Shown piece after piece: positions 12,170 through 23,431 of a stretch of 64,000 bases of DNA (within the stretch, counting starts at the first letter, position 1; the number at the start of each line of letters is the position of its first letter). The stretch is from the NCBI GenBank assembly GCA_002269645.1, contig NIVC01000948.1:1-64000 (forward strand), read 5' to 3'. The position numbers and the translations under genes are program-made. This DNA is from Macrostomum lignano (lineage: Eukaryota). Under the pieces are notes generated by a model. The model was not told the DNA's origin and ran no database searches. It saw only the letters and a list, made by a program, of their open reading frames with translations.

Positions 12170-13290
12170 AGGGACCTCTAGCGATATATAGCTAGACTGG
12201 AAACGTACAACAACCATCCCGAACCTACCAGGGACCTCTGAATATACCTGGAATAGAAGTGGTCGAGTACTTACAGATATTCGGACTGGAGACAGATCTG
12301 CACCCATTCAAGATCAGCCAGGGACCTCTAAGTACTGGTGGGCCGGAAGCAAGGACCTGAAACCCACCCCAAAACCAGCCAGGGACCTCTAAATACACGT
12401 GGACTGGGAGGAGGGACCTGAAACCCGCCCAAAAATCAGCCAGGGACCTCTAAATACACGTGGACTGGAAGCAGGGACCTGAAACCCGCCCAAAAATCAG
12501 CCAGGGACCTCTAAATACATGTGGACTGGAAGGAGGGACCTGAAACTTGCCCAAAAATCAGCCAGGGACCTCTAAATACACGTGGACTGGGAGGAGGGAC
12601 CTGAAACCCGCCCAAAAATCAGCCAGGGACCTCTAAATACATGTGGACTGGAAGGAGGGACCTGAAACTTGCCCAAAAATCAGCCAGGGACCTCTAAATA
12701 CACGTGGACTGGAAGCAGGGACCTGAAACCCGCCCAAAAATCAGCCAGGGACCTCTAAATACATGTGGACTGGAAGCAGGGACCTGAAACCCGCCCAAAA
12801 ATCAGCCAGGGACCTCTAAATACACGTGGACTGGAAGCAGGGACCTGAAACCCGCCCAAAAATCAGCCAGGGACCTCTAAATACATGTGGACTGGAAGCA
12901 GGGACCTGAAACCCGCCCAAAAATCAGCCAGGGACCTCTAAATACATGTGGACTGGAAGCAGGGACCTGAAACCCACCCCAAAACCAGCCAGGGACCTCT
13001 AAATACACGTGGACTGGGAGGAGGGACCTGAAACCCGCCCAAAAATCAGCCAGGGACCTCTAAATACATGTGGACTGGAAGCAGGGACCTGAAACCCGCC
13101 CAAAAATCTGCCAGGGACCTCTAAATACATGTGGACTGGAAGCAGGGACCTAAAATCCACCCCAAAATTAGCTAGGGACCTCTAAATACACGTGGACTGG
13201 AAGCAGGGACCTGAAACCCGCCCAAAAATCAGCCAGGGACCTCTAAATACATGTGAACTGGAGGCAGGGACGTGAAACCCACCCCGAAAA
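12170..13290. repeat. 61-bp minisatellite, about 16 well-conserved copies plus degenerate leading copies
   Basis: Unit CAGCCAGGGACCTCTAAATACACGTGGACTGGAAGCAGGGACCTGAAACCCGCCCAAAAAT; 61-bp spacing checked (12376, 12437). Confidence 0.95.
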
Positions 13291-13845
13291 TATCTAGCCT
13301 CCAGATTTTGTCAAGGGCTGGGCGCAATACTGTATTTTTCTTAACAAAATTATGTGGGGCATAAGTTTTCGGATTGGAAAGCGCCGAGACCGCAGGGCGG
13401 TCACAGCCGTTTCTTTGGGACAATCAAAGCCCCCCCTCGCAGCTATGAGATTGAATTTTCGGCTGAGATGCCCGCAGTCTATTCGGGAGATCGGGGAGAA
13501 AATGAGATTTGCGCCGGGACCGCAAAGGCTTGGCTGCGAGGGGAAAAACTGAATCTTGACAAATCCCCCTCTGCTCAGCCTGATCCAAGGCCCGATCCTA
13601 ATCATTCTTGACTCCATGCGAGGAAGGGAGGCTTCCCAGCCGCGGGATTTTCCCACTAGGCATATGAGAGACCCACGTTTTTAGTGATTGACATTATTAT
13701 TATTAGTATAGACCAGATGAAGTGCAGGAAGGCTATATAGAAATTTACCATTCGTTTAATATTTCCTCTCAATTCTAGCTTTAATGGATTACTGGACTAA
13801 TTAGAAGAGAACTATGAGCCGTTTGAGCTATTTAGGTGTGTTAAA

Positions 13846-14090
13846 GGACAGGCATGGATTAGCAGTCCTGACTAACTCCAGCCAATCAGAAGCCGGAGCC
13901 GGGAAGGGGCAGGCAGAATTGGTTGGGTTGAGGGACAGGCATGGATGATCATTCCTGACTAACTCCAGCCAATCACAAGCCGGGAAGGGGCAGGCAGAAT
14001 TGGTTGGGTTGAGGGACAGGCATGGATGATCATTCCTGACTAACTCCAGCCAATCACAAGCCGGGAAGGGGCAGGCAGAATTGGGTGGGT
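13846..14090 (+). repeat. 81-bp repeat x3, each with AGCCAATCA (CCAAT-box-like)
   Basis: Copies start at 13846, 13933, 14014. Confidence 0.92.
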
Positions 14091-14123
14091 GATAGCAACT
14101 TTCTGGTGAGGTTAGAAAGCTTC

Positions 14124-14129
14124 TATAAA
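14124..14129 (+). promoter_or_regulatory. Candidate TATA box upstream of ORF 14258
   Basis: TATAAA directly after three CCAAT repeats, about 130 nt before the ATG. Confidence 0.45.
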
Positions 14130-14257
14130 TAAATTTAGACCACATCTATGGCAAAAAGCTTAAATCGAAAAACTTTGCTTTCCTTCTTAGCATAATTAAC
14201 AATCTCAGTTTTTTAAAGCTTTTTAAAATAGCGAGGAAGTCACAAGAAAGCACCGCC

Positions 14258-14878
14258 ATGCATGCCTTGAAGTCTGTTTTGCTCTGCTCTGGCAGTATCG
14301 TTCGGTCTATCCAGGGAACCTCGTACCTATCCATACTGATCATTCTGGTCTTGGCTGCCTACATTCTCCGACCCGCATTGCTGTACATCAACCGGCTGCT
14401 GCACACCACCGGTAGCAGTGGTCGGCATGCCACCCAGAGACTGCTAACATCGGTAATTGCCATGGTGATCAAGATATCCAGGGCCAACTATCGAACCTCC
14501 CGAGTCATACGCGAGGCGAGCAAGCGGACAGAGAATTTCCTGCACGCTCTGCTGGTGCTGCCGCTCATCTGCTTGCAGATATTCGACCTGTCATTCATAT
14601 TGTTCGACTTCTTTCGGGCAGTCATCATGGTGTTTGCCAACTTCATGGGCGTGGTGTTCTCCTACGCAATCTTCATATTCAACACCTACAAGATCGTGGT
14701 GATGTGCACAGCCAGCATCATGCTGTCAGTGTACTACACATCGTACTACTCAATCCTGCTCATCCGTAGCGGTCTCGCATGCCTGGACTCGTTCCGAGCC
14801 CTGATGCAGCACAACTCTCTCCGGCTGCTCCTCATCCGGTATAAGGAGCAGAAAATGCGAGTAGCCAATGTTCTGTGA
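14258..14878 (+). CDS. Intronless 206-aa hydrophobic (probably multi-pass membrane) protein, family unrecognised
   Basis: Non-repetitive open frame with C-ending codon bias; several long apolar segments (YLSILIILVLAAYIL; FLHALLVLPLICL; VIMVFANFMGVVFSYAIFIF; IVVMCTASIMLSVYY). Confidence 0.6.
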   Translation: MHALKSVLLCSGSIVRSIQGTSYLSILIILVLAAYILRPALLYINRLLHTTGSSGRHATQRLLTSVIAMVIKISRANYRTSRVIREASKRTENFLHALLVLPLICLQIFDLSFILFDFFRAVIMVFANFMGVVFSYAIFIFNTYKIVVMCTASIMLSVYYTSYYSILLIRSGLACLDSFRALMQHNSLRLLLIRYKEQKMRVANVL

Positions 14879-15044
14879 TTTTTTATTGATTTATAGAAAT
14901 TGCTTTTTCTGCCCTGTGTTGCTTTTGTTTGATCAATTGCTAATCTGTAGCACAAAATGCATCAACTTTGATTTGCCACAAGTTGCTGGCCGTTGTCATT
15001 TTTAAGGCTGTCTTGCATCGGAGCATAGCTAACAGAAGATTAGC

Positions 15045-15680
15045 AACTAAGGATTATCTTACAGAGGGTATCTACCAAAAGGTATCGACCAGAGGGTATC
15101 TACCAGTGGGTATCTACCAAAGGGTATCTACCAGAGGGTATCTACCAGAGGGTATCTACCAAAGGGTATCTACCAGAGGGTATCTACCAGAGGGTATCTA
15201 CCAGAGGGTATCTACCAGAGGGTATCTACCAGAGGGTATCTACCAGACGGTATCTACCAGATGATATATACCAGAGGGTATCTTACAGAGGGTATCTACC
15301 AGAGGGTATCTTACAGAGGGTATCTACCAGAGGGTACCTACCAGAGGGTATCTTACAGAGGGTATCTACCAGAGGGTATCTTACAGAGGGTATCTACCAG
15401 AGGGTATCTGCAAGAGGGTATCTTACAGAGGGTATCTACCAGAGGGTATCTACCAGACGGTATCTACCAGATGATATATACCATAGGGTACCTACCAGTG
15501 GGTATCTACCAGAGGGTATCTACCAGAGGGTATCTACCAGAGGGTATCTACCAGAGGGTATCTACCAGAGGGTATCTACCAGAGGGTATCTACCAGAGGG
15601 TATCTTCCAGGGGGTATCTACCATAGGGTATCTTACAGGGGGTATCTACCAGAGGGTATCTACCAGAGGTTATCTGCAAG
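15045..15680. repeat. 14-bp tandem array (AGAGGGTATCTACC)n with 15-bp variants
   Basis: Direct reading. Confidence 0.95.
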
Positions 15681-16140
15681 AGGGCGCGTTTATTCCAACA
15701 ACTCTGTGCAGAGACTTTGCACAGCAGACTGAACTGCAGATCCATCTGTGATTATTTTGCAGCTGTTTTAAGCGACTTAAACTTCAGACAGAGAGCCGAA
15801 CAGCTGTTATAAGTTGAAGCCGAAGTCGCAAACCAACCCGGTGTTTGGCTGTAATTAAAAAACACTTTTCGCAGATTGCGGAATCCAAAAAGCCTGCCTG
15901 GAAAGCTTTTGTCAATTTTCTGAAGTAGAAAGAGGGGCTTCTCTCCCTCACCAATTTTTTTACTTGGTGGACCATTTTAAAATTTGTGACGCCGAGCGGC
16001 TGCCTCTTGGTTGCAGCACTCTTGGTAACCCCTTGTGCGGCAGTCATTGAGTGCTGGGAGGCAAAAGGCAAGCCAAGTAGAGGCCAAGTAGAGCCCCGCT
16101 TAGGTTAGCGGCGTGTCGCAATCAGAGAGAACGCTTATTG

Positions 16141-16845
16141 GACAGACAGACAGTTGCTACACAAATTATTAATAAATAGACGGAGACATCAGGACAGACA
16201 GAGACTAAGACAGACAGACAGACAGACACTAAGACAGACAGATAGACAGACACTAAGACAGACAGACAGACAGACAGACAGACACTAAGACAGACAGACA
16301 CTAAGACAGACAGATAGACAGACACTAAGACAGACAGACACTAAGACAGACAGACAGACAGACACTAAGACAGACAGATAGACAGACACTAAGACAGACA
16401 GACAGACAGACACTAAGACAGACAGACAGACAGACACTAAGACAGACAGACAGACAGACACTAAGACAGACAGATACTAAGACAGACAGACACTAAGACA
16501 GACAGATAGACAGACACTAAGACAGACAGACAGTTGCTACACAAATTATTAATAAATAGACGGGCAGACACCAGGACAGACAGAGACTAAGACAGACAGA
16601 CAGACAGACACTAAGACAGACAGACAGACAGACACTAAGACAGACAGATGGACAGACACTAAGACAGACAGACAGACAGACAGACACTAAGACAGACAGA
16701 TAGACAGACACTAAGACAGACAGATAGACAGACACTAAGATAGACACTGAGACAGAGGGACACTAAAGCAGACACTAGAACAGACAGCCACTATGACTAC
16801 ACGAAGGCAGAAAAGACAGACAGACACAAGTACAGACAGACAAGC
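16141..16845. repeat. (GACA)n array punctuated by CACTAA, with a 380-bp internal duplication
   Basis: Unique segment CAGTTGCTACACAAATTATTAATAAATAGACGG occurs at 16151 and 16531. Confidence 0.92.
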
Positions 16846-18260
16846 TGTCATGTCTAATTCGGCAGTTTTCCAGCGCCAGTCTACTATCAGTAGCAATCGA
16901 TGCTTTCTAGCTCTTTTATCTGATTAAAATTGCAATGGCTTTTCAGTATCCCAGAAAAGCCTCATTTTAATTTCATGAATAATTGCACATGGCTGCATGG
17001 AATTTCACCTCGCCTAGCAGAAAATCTGCCACGCCAGGCAGGCCAGTGCTGACGAGGTCATTGTCCATTGAAAATCCAATTAAATTGCAGAGAAAGAGCC
17101 TGCCAGACCCGAGAGCTGTTCTATCATAGCACCTGGAAGCCGGATGATTGATTGCCCAGGTTCTCTTTGACAACTAATTTTCATTAAGTCAAACAAACGC
17201 GTGAACAGCTCTCTGTGGTAGTCAGCGCCACATCCGCATGTCAACAGCCCCGGACTTGCAGGGGTTGAGCACCTATTCAATCTTATAGCCATCTGAAGGT
17301 GTCAAAGTTCGCTCGCTCCAGTCGCTTCCTGAGCTCTGCTCATTGATCATTTCTGCCTGCTGATGTCCGCCAGTCTGAGAAGGTCTTCATCTAAAATAGT
17401 TGGTGATGAAGTTAGCTCCCAGTCCAGTTTACTCTGTTTGGTAGTCCTTGGCCTGTCAGCATAACTTGTCCTGCAGGTAATACTAATACAATAAATTCAT
17501 TCACTCGTGTTTTTGCCTATAGCCGATTGTCCGTCTGTCTGTCCGTCCGTCAGGGATAAATGGGCCAGACAGACCAAACAGACAGGACCTGATCTGTCAG
17601 ACTGGCCAAGGTCCCCAGATCTGCGTTGATCATTGTAGTCTGATTATGGCACAATAAGCTGGTATTACTAACGGAAGGTCCAGCGACTGCCACATGGTGT
17701 GTGTGTGTGAGAGAGAGAGCCTCCTAATCTTTAATCTGCAGACTGAATGGCACTGACAGAAAACAGTTTTCCCACTGAAGGGACAGGCGCCGATGCCTGA
17801 GAAAAAGTGCAAAGTTTACGAAAAGACGCCCCGTTGCTGTCTAAGAAGAACCTCGCTGCAGTTCTTCGCGCATGTTGAGGTTGGGGGGGAACCTCATGGC
17901 CTGGCCAGTACAAGCATGCCATGACCTCAGGCTCCCATTCAGAACTCCTGCTTTGCTTTGCCCACCAGATTTGTCAGCTGTGTGAGCTGCTCCATCCCCA
18001 ATGCCCCCCGTGGGCGGGACAATGGTCGATTGTGAATATTTGTGGGAATTTTTTGGGGAGCTGACATGGGGGGGGGGCGCGCTGCTCCCAGGGACCTCCC
18101 TAGACTGAGAAGAGATTTGAGACAGCGGCATGCGGTTGCAGTGCGTCACCCGTTTTTGCGGCTGCGACTGCCATAGGAGACTACAGGGAGGGGGGAGGTG
18201 ACAGGCAGACAGCCCGCAGAGACAGAGAAAAATGGGAAAGGGGAAATGAAAAATGGGCGA

Positions 18261-18294
<34 letters not shown>

Positions 18295-18959
18295 TCAGTT
18301 CCAGTCCTGTCTGGCCCGCAGTCGCGTACAGGCCGAGGTAATAACACAATGCAATCCTATTTTCAATGTGAGAAACATGCTGAGGGTTTAGAGTAAAGGG
18401 AAGGGGAGAGAATTTCGCTAATCCCCTTCTGTCCTAGGCAGATCTATCATTGGCCAGGTCCTCACTTACCCCTGTCAGCTCTACAGATCCCCCGCGCGTC
18501 TGTCTCGCCTTCCTACCCGCCTCCCGCTGTTTTCTCCCCGCTGTCTCTCTCCTCCCCTCACCTCAATGTTTAATGGCCTCAGCCAATGTTTGCCTCGACC
18601 ACAGAAAGCCTTTCTCCACCCTCAATACTCTCTTCAAGAGAGCAGTTCAGCTGACTCCGAAGCCTCAACTCATTATAAACTGTATTAACAGAAATCAGGC
18701 AGTGAAAAAAACTTGTGCAACAGACTAAAAGCATCGGACCAGACTTTCACTTCTCTCTGCCCTCGAATGAAACAGAAAGAACTCAAGTTTGTCAGGTCGA
18801 TGTCCTCACTGCTCCGGGCGCACCTTTGCCTGCTGGTCTGCACTCCGGTGATCATCGATTTTGGTGAGCCTAATTAAATGAGACTTCTGTGCTTATTGTT
18901 AGTAATAATTAGAAATTTTACAAAAATTCAATCGATTCTGCGCCCCTCCAGCTATGGGT

Positions 18960-19471
<512 letters not shown>

Positions 19472-20739
19472 GTGCCTCATCAGTCCATTAGCCGAGTCCC
19501 TATCCTTAAGCCTAGTCAGTTGAAATGCACAACACGGAGGTCAAAGTGTGCCGATTGCATGCTGTGCCGATAACAAAGAAAACTGACTGAGGTCAGGAAA
19601 AACACGAACGCATCTCGGATACCCCGTGACAGTCAGTTAAGTGAATAAAATGCTGGACAATCTTTATAACTATTGCGGCTGACTTGTCAGCGTGGCGGCG
19701 AGGTCGGTCGACGTCCCTCATAGTATCCATTTTCCCTGAAATCCTGCAGCAGGCCTTTGCTTCCCTGGACACGAGTTTCCTTCTAGCATGCATGCAACTA
19801 GAAGAGGCTGAGGGCAGAAGCTGTTTCTGATGGAAAGCAGAAAGCAGCTTCCCCGAGGCGGTCAGAAAAACATCAGAATGATAATTGAAAAAGCGTCTAA
19901 ACCAAGGAAGTTCTCTTAAAGTTCCAAAATTTTCAAAATCACATTGGAGTTTAACTTAGCTCTGGCTTATTTTGTACACCCTGAGTTTTTAACAGCATTG
20001 CTCATGGACTGCTGCTCATTAGCAGAAAAATTGATGTGTGTGTGTGCTTTATTAATCAGCCATGTGGGATCCTTATTCGCCTCGTTGTGAAAGATTCTGT
20101 GGCTTCCCATGTCAAACCAGTAACTTCATTTTGCTCGAGATCCAGACATGCTACAACTCTTTGTCTTAGGAGAAAAGCAAAGGATTTTTATGGAGTCTAT
20201 CTGTTGCGGGAGGCAAGCACGGAAGCAAAATGCGTTTACCTCCAGACGTCATTGCCATAAACTTACTTGAGCAATTAGCCACTTCAGATAGGGTGCACTA
20301 AACAAGACATTTAAAGAAAAATAGTCTCAACCAGTTTTTGAGAGATGAAGCTGTCCAGCGAAGGCTGTAATTATTGAAACAAAGAAAGCGCTCAACAACG
20401 CCGCCACAAATTCTGAGAGGCACTTGAGCGACACTGCGCGATACCAGTTTTTCCAGTAATCCGAGACAAATTACTACTCGCTATAACAATGTGAAGAGGT
20501 TTCGAAGTTCCAGACCAGCGCATAAGAGCAAATGCACCAATGTAGCACTAAAACACATTCTTGCAAAATATACCAACCAAACTGGACTGTTTAGGGCGGG
20601 ATTTAGGTTTAGTCCAAGCGAACTTGAAACAAGTGTCTGCATCGACAGTCTGGGACACTAATTACCGTGCGACAGACGATTAAGTACAACAAAACAACTT
20701 GACAACAAGTTTAATTGCTTTGCCAAACAAGCCGTTCTC

Positions 20740-20747
20740 TATAAAAG
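20740..20747 (+). promoter_or_regulatory. Candidate TATA box (TATAAAAG) for the temptin-monooxygenase gene
   Basis: About 80 nt before ATG 20822; GGGCGG box near 20593. Confidence 0.55.
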
Positions 20748-20821
20748 TGAGGAGAAAATTTAGAGTAGCCTTTTTATCCCGCATCTGTCCAAATTGACGA
20801 CACTGACTTGCCAGAGTGACC

Positions 20822-22723
20822 ATGAAGACTGTGCTCAAAGTTCTCGTGGCGGCACTCGTGCCGCTGCAGTTCGCGATGGCTCATATCGAGTTTGAATCCC
20901 GTATCCCGAACGGCGACCGCGTCCCGAACCCGTGTCGGGACGGCGCCGTCTGGTCCGACGACAAAAACCCCTTCGGCTTCGACTTCAAAGCCGCCGGACA
21001 ACAGTGGACGGCCGACCTGTGCCGCAAGGACTCGGACGGCGACGGACTTACGAATGGCCAAGAGCTCGGAGATCCCGACTGCGTGTGGACGGTCGGAGCG
21101 GCTCCGGCGAGGATGACTGGACTTTCTCACCCCGGCATCTGCCCGATCGACTCCGCCGCATGCAAGAACTCATGGACCAAGTGCCCGAAGGCGTTCAGCT
21201 GTCCAGCAATGGAAGAACCCGGTGTGACCGTGAGGAACTTTACCGTCAAACCCACCGCTGTGCCGACCTATGAGAAAATGCATCTTTGCCAGGCGTTCGA
21301 ACTGAACAACACCGCCTCTCCGGTTCACATGATCGGATCGCGGCCGATCATGGTCAACAAGAACGTCATAAGGCATATGGTTATGTACGGCTGCTCGCAG
21401 AAACCCGATCAGGCTCTGTTTGACTCACCTCAGCAATGCTACATGGGCTCCTACCCAAACTGCATCGAATTGATCAACCTGTGGGGCGAAGGCAACGAAG
21501 GCGAGTGCTTCAGTAGATTCTCCGGGTTTCGAGTCGGCGGAGAAGGATTTCAATACGGCATGCTGAGCCTGAAACCGGCGAAAACGAATGGCTTCATCAA
21601 CGAAGCTGGATTATCTATCTACTTCACAAGCAATCTACGACCCCACGATCAGGGAACGCTGACGTACGGTGAGCTTGAACTCATCCTGCCGCCGAGACGT
21701 ACTGTGGTCAACTATAACCACACCTGCCCGTCAGTGTGCACCAGATCGTTCCACAGTGAGACTCGGTACATTACCGCCGCATCAATTTACATGCAAAGTT
21801 ACGCTACGAAAGGCCGGCTTTCTCTATGGCGGAACGGAGCGCTTGTACAAGACCTGGTGCCGCTTCACGCTTACGAATACAACGTACCTAGGGTGCTTCT
21901 GTTCGACCCGCCAGTGGAATATCGCAGAGGAGACGAAATCAAGACTGAGTGCTACTACAGCACAAAAGGAAACAACCATTCGGTACTTTTTGGCTACGGC
22001 AGCAACGATGAAACGTGCCTATCATTTATGCACTACTACCCGAACAATATACACCTTAGTCCGCTAGCCAAGCTTGAGTTTTGCAACTCCATTCACGGCT
22101 ACAATCCTTGCTGGAATGACACAGGCATTACCCCTCATATTGAGAATGGCTGCAACATCACCGGTTTAATCACTGGCGATGGACTGAAGCCTGTGTACAT
22201 GGCGATGTGGAGACACCAATGCTTTGTCTCGATGGGATGCAGCGCCGCCTGCCAAGAGTACATGAGCAACACTCTGTTCCCCTCCAATGCCTGCTTCGAT
22301 CCGAAGAGGTCTCTGAAAGCGCTGGAGTACCTGTATATCCGATACCATAGTCCTCTGTCTCATCAGGCTAAAGGGTATATGAATTCCATGTACCCGATTT
22401 TAAAAAGCTGCCAGAGTCAGATTGAGACGCTGGCACTGCTGGATCAGGCGCGACTCGCCAGTAAGCCAGCTGTCAATCCGCCAGCGGTGAAGTCAATCCC
22501 GCCTGCTGATTGCAACACAGGCAAGCCGCATGAGGAGGTGCTGACGTCGAAGAACCTGCTGGTCATCATCGTTGTGTGCAGCTGCCTGGTCTTCGCTCTG
22601 CTGGCTGCCGTTCTGCTGCTAGTTGTGCGAATTCGCAAGCTGAGGCTTCGCGATTCGCCAACCAAGCTGCGAAATGAGCAAGATGAAGCTGGAAAGGAGA
22701 AGGTGTACAATGCGTATGGTTGA
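20822..22723 (+). CDS. Temptin-domain + DBH/MOXD-like copper type II monooxygenase-fold protein, type I membrane, probably catalytically dead (633 aa, intronless)
   Basis: Signal peptide; temptin motif RIPNGDRVPNPC..NPFGFDF..WTADLCRKDSDGDGLTNGQELGDPDCVW; monooxygenase N-domain (HMVMYGC, AGLSIYFTSNLRPHD) and C-domain (RGDEIKTECYYST, GYGSNDETCLSFMHYYP); TM LLVIIVVCSCLVFALLAAVLLLVV followed by RIRKLR. Confidence 0.92.
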   Translation: MKTVLKVLVAALVPLQFAMAHIEFESRIPNGDRVPNPCRDGAVWSDDKNPFGFDFKAAGQQWTADLCRKDSDGDGLTNGQELGDPDCVWTVGAAPARMTGLSHPGICPIDSAACKNSWTKCPKAFSCPAMEEPGVTVRNFTVKPTAVPTYEKMHLCQAFELNNTASPVHMIGSRPIMVNKNVIRHMVMYGCSQKPDQALFDSPQQCYMGSYPNCIELINLWGEGNEGECFSRFSGFRVGGEGFQYGMLSLKPAKTNGFINEAGLSIYFTSNLRPHDQGTLTYGELELILPPRRTVVNYNHTCPSVCTRSFHSETRYITAASIYMQSYATKGRLSLWRNGALVQDLVPLHAYEYNVPRVLLFDPPVEYRRGDEIKTECYYSTKGNNHSVLFGYGSNDETCLSFMHYYPNNIHLSPLAKLEFCNSIHGYNPCWNDTGITPHIENGCNITGLITGDGLKPVYMAMWRHQCFVSMGCSAACQEYMSNTLFPSNACFDPKRSLKALEYLYIRYHSPLSHQAKGYMNSMYPILKSCQSQIETLALLDQARLASKPAVNPPAVKSIPPADCNTGKPHEEVLTSKNLLVIIVVCSCLVFALLAAVLLLVVRIRKLRLRDSPTKLRNEQDEAGKEKVYNAYG

Positions 22724-23431
22724 TGGACAATTTCTGAATTTCCAAGTTAAACAAGACTTCACGTGATTCGACAACTTTGACGAATTGAAAACAGATTTTC
22801 CTGTATGTAGTTTAAGCAGTTTTAATGGCCTGTTTTGTAACCCTGACAATTACTATTGCACCTTTCCTTGCACAGAGACAACTATAGCAATTAGATAGAA
22901 AAGCACTTTAGTTTCACAGTATTCTTCGCGCAAGTTTTGGAATATTTATACGATTGAAAAAAATTCCTCTAAAATTACAGACTAATTTCCTTTGAGAAAA
23001 ATATATTCAACATCTCAAAAAACTGAAATGCTGGAATAACTCTTATAACTCTTATTTATTTCATATTTTTGTACCGAACACACGTACCGTGCATATAGCC
23101 CAGATGATTGCCCTTATACATAATTTTACAATCATCTGGGCTTTTGGTCAACCTTGGCTTGCATCGATTTACTGACCCAAGTGAATGATTTAGGGAGTAT
23201 AGTTATGCTGCAATTCTCAATTTAGAGATTTTGCCTGACACTCAGGCCTTTAACTGTCTCACCAAGAGCCACTGACAGAAAAGTGATGGCATTTCTTAGA
23301 TTCTTAGAAGCTGACCTCCAGTAGTGCATCTTCAGTCAGGTCTTTTGGTCCTTTGGGTCTGACCTGTCGTGACACAATGCCCTCCAAGACCAAGGCTACA
23401 GATGCAGTCTCAAATCTCAAATTCCTAACAG

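Noticed and set aside
13630-13665. Helitron 3' end (CACTAG)
   Set aside because: Hairpin weak and the following base is G, not T
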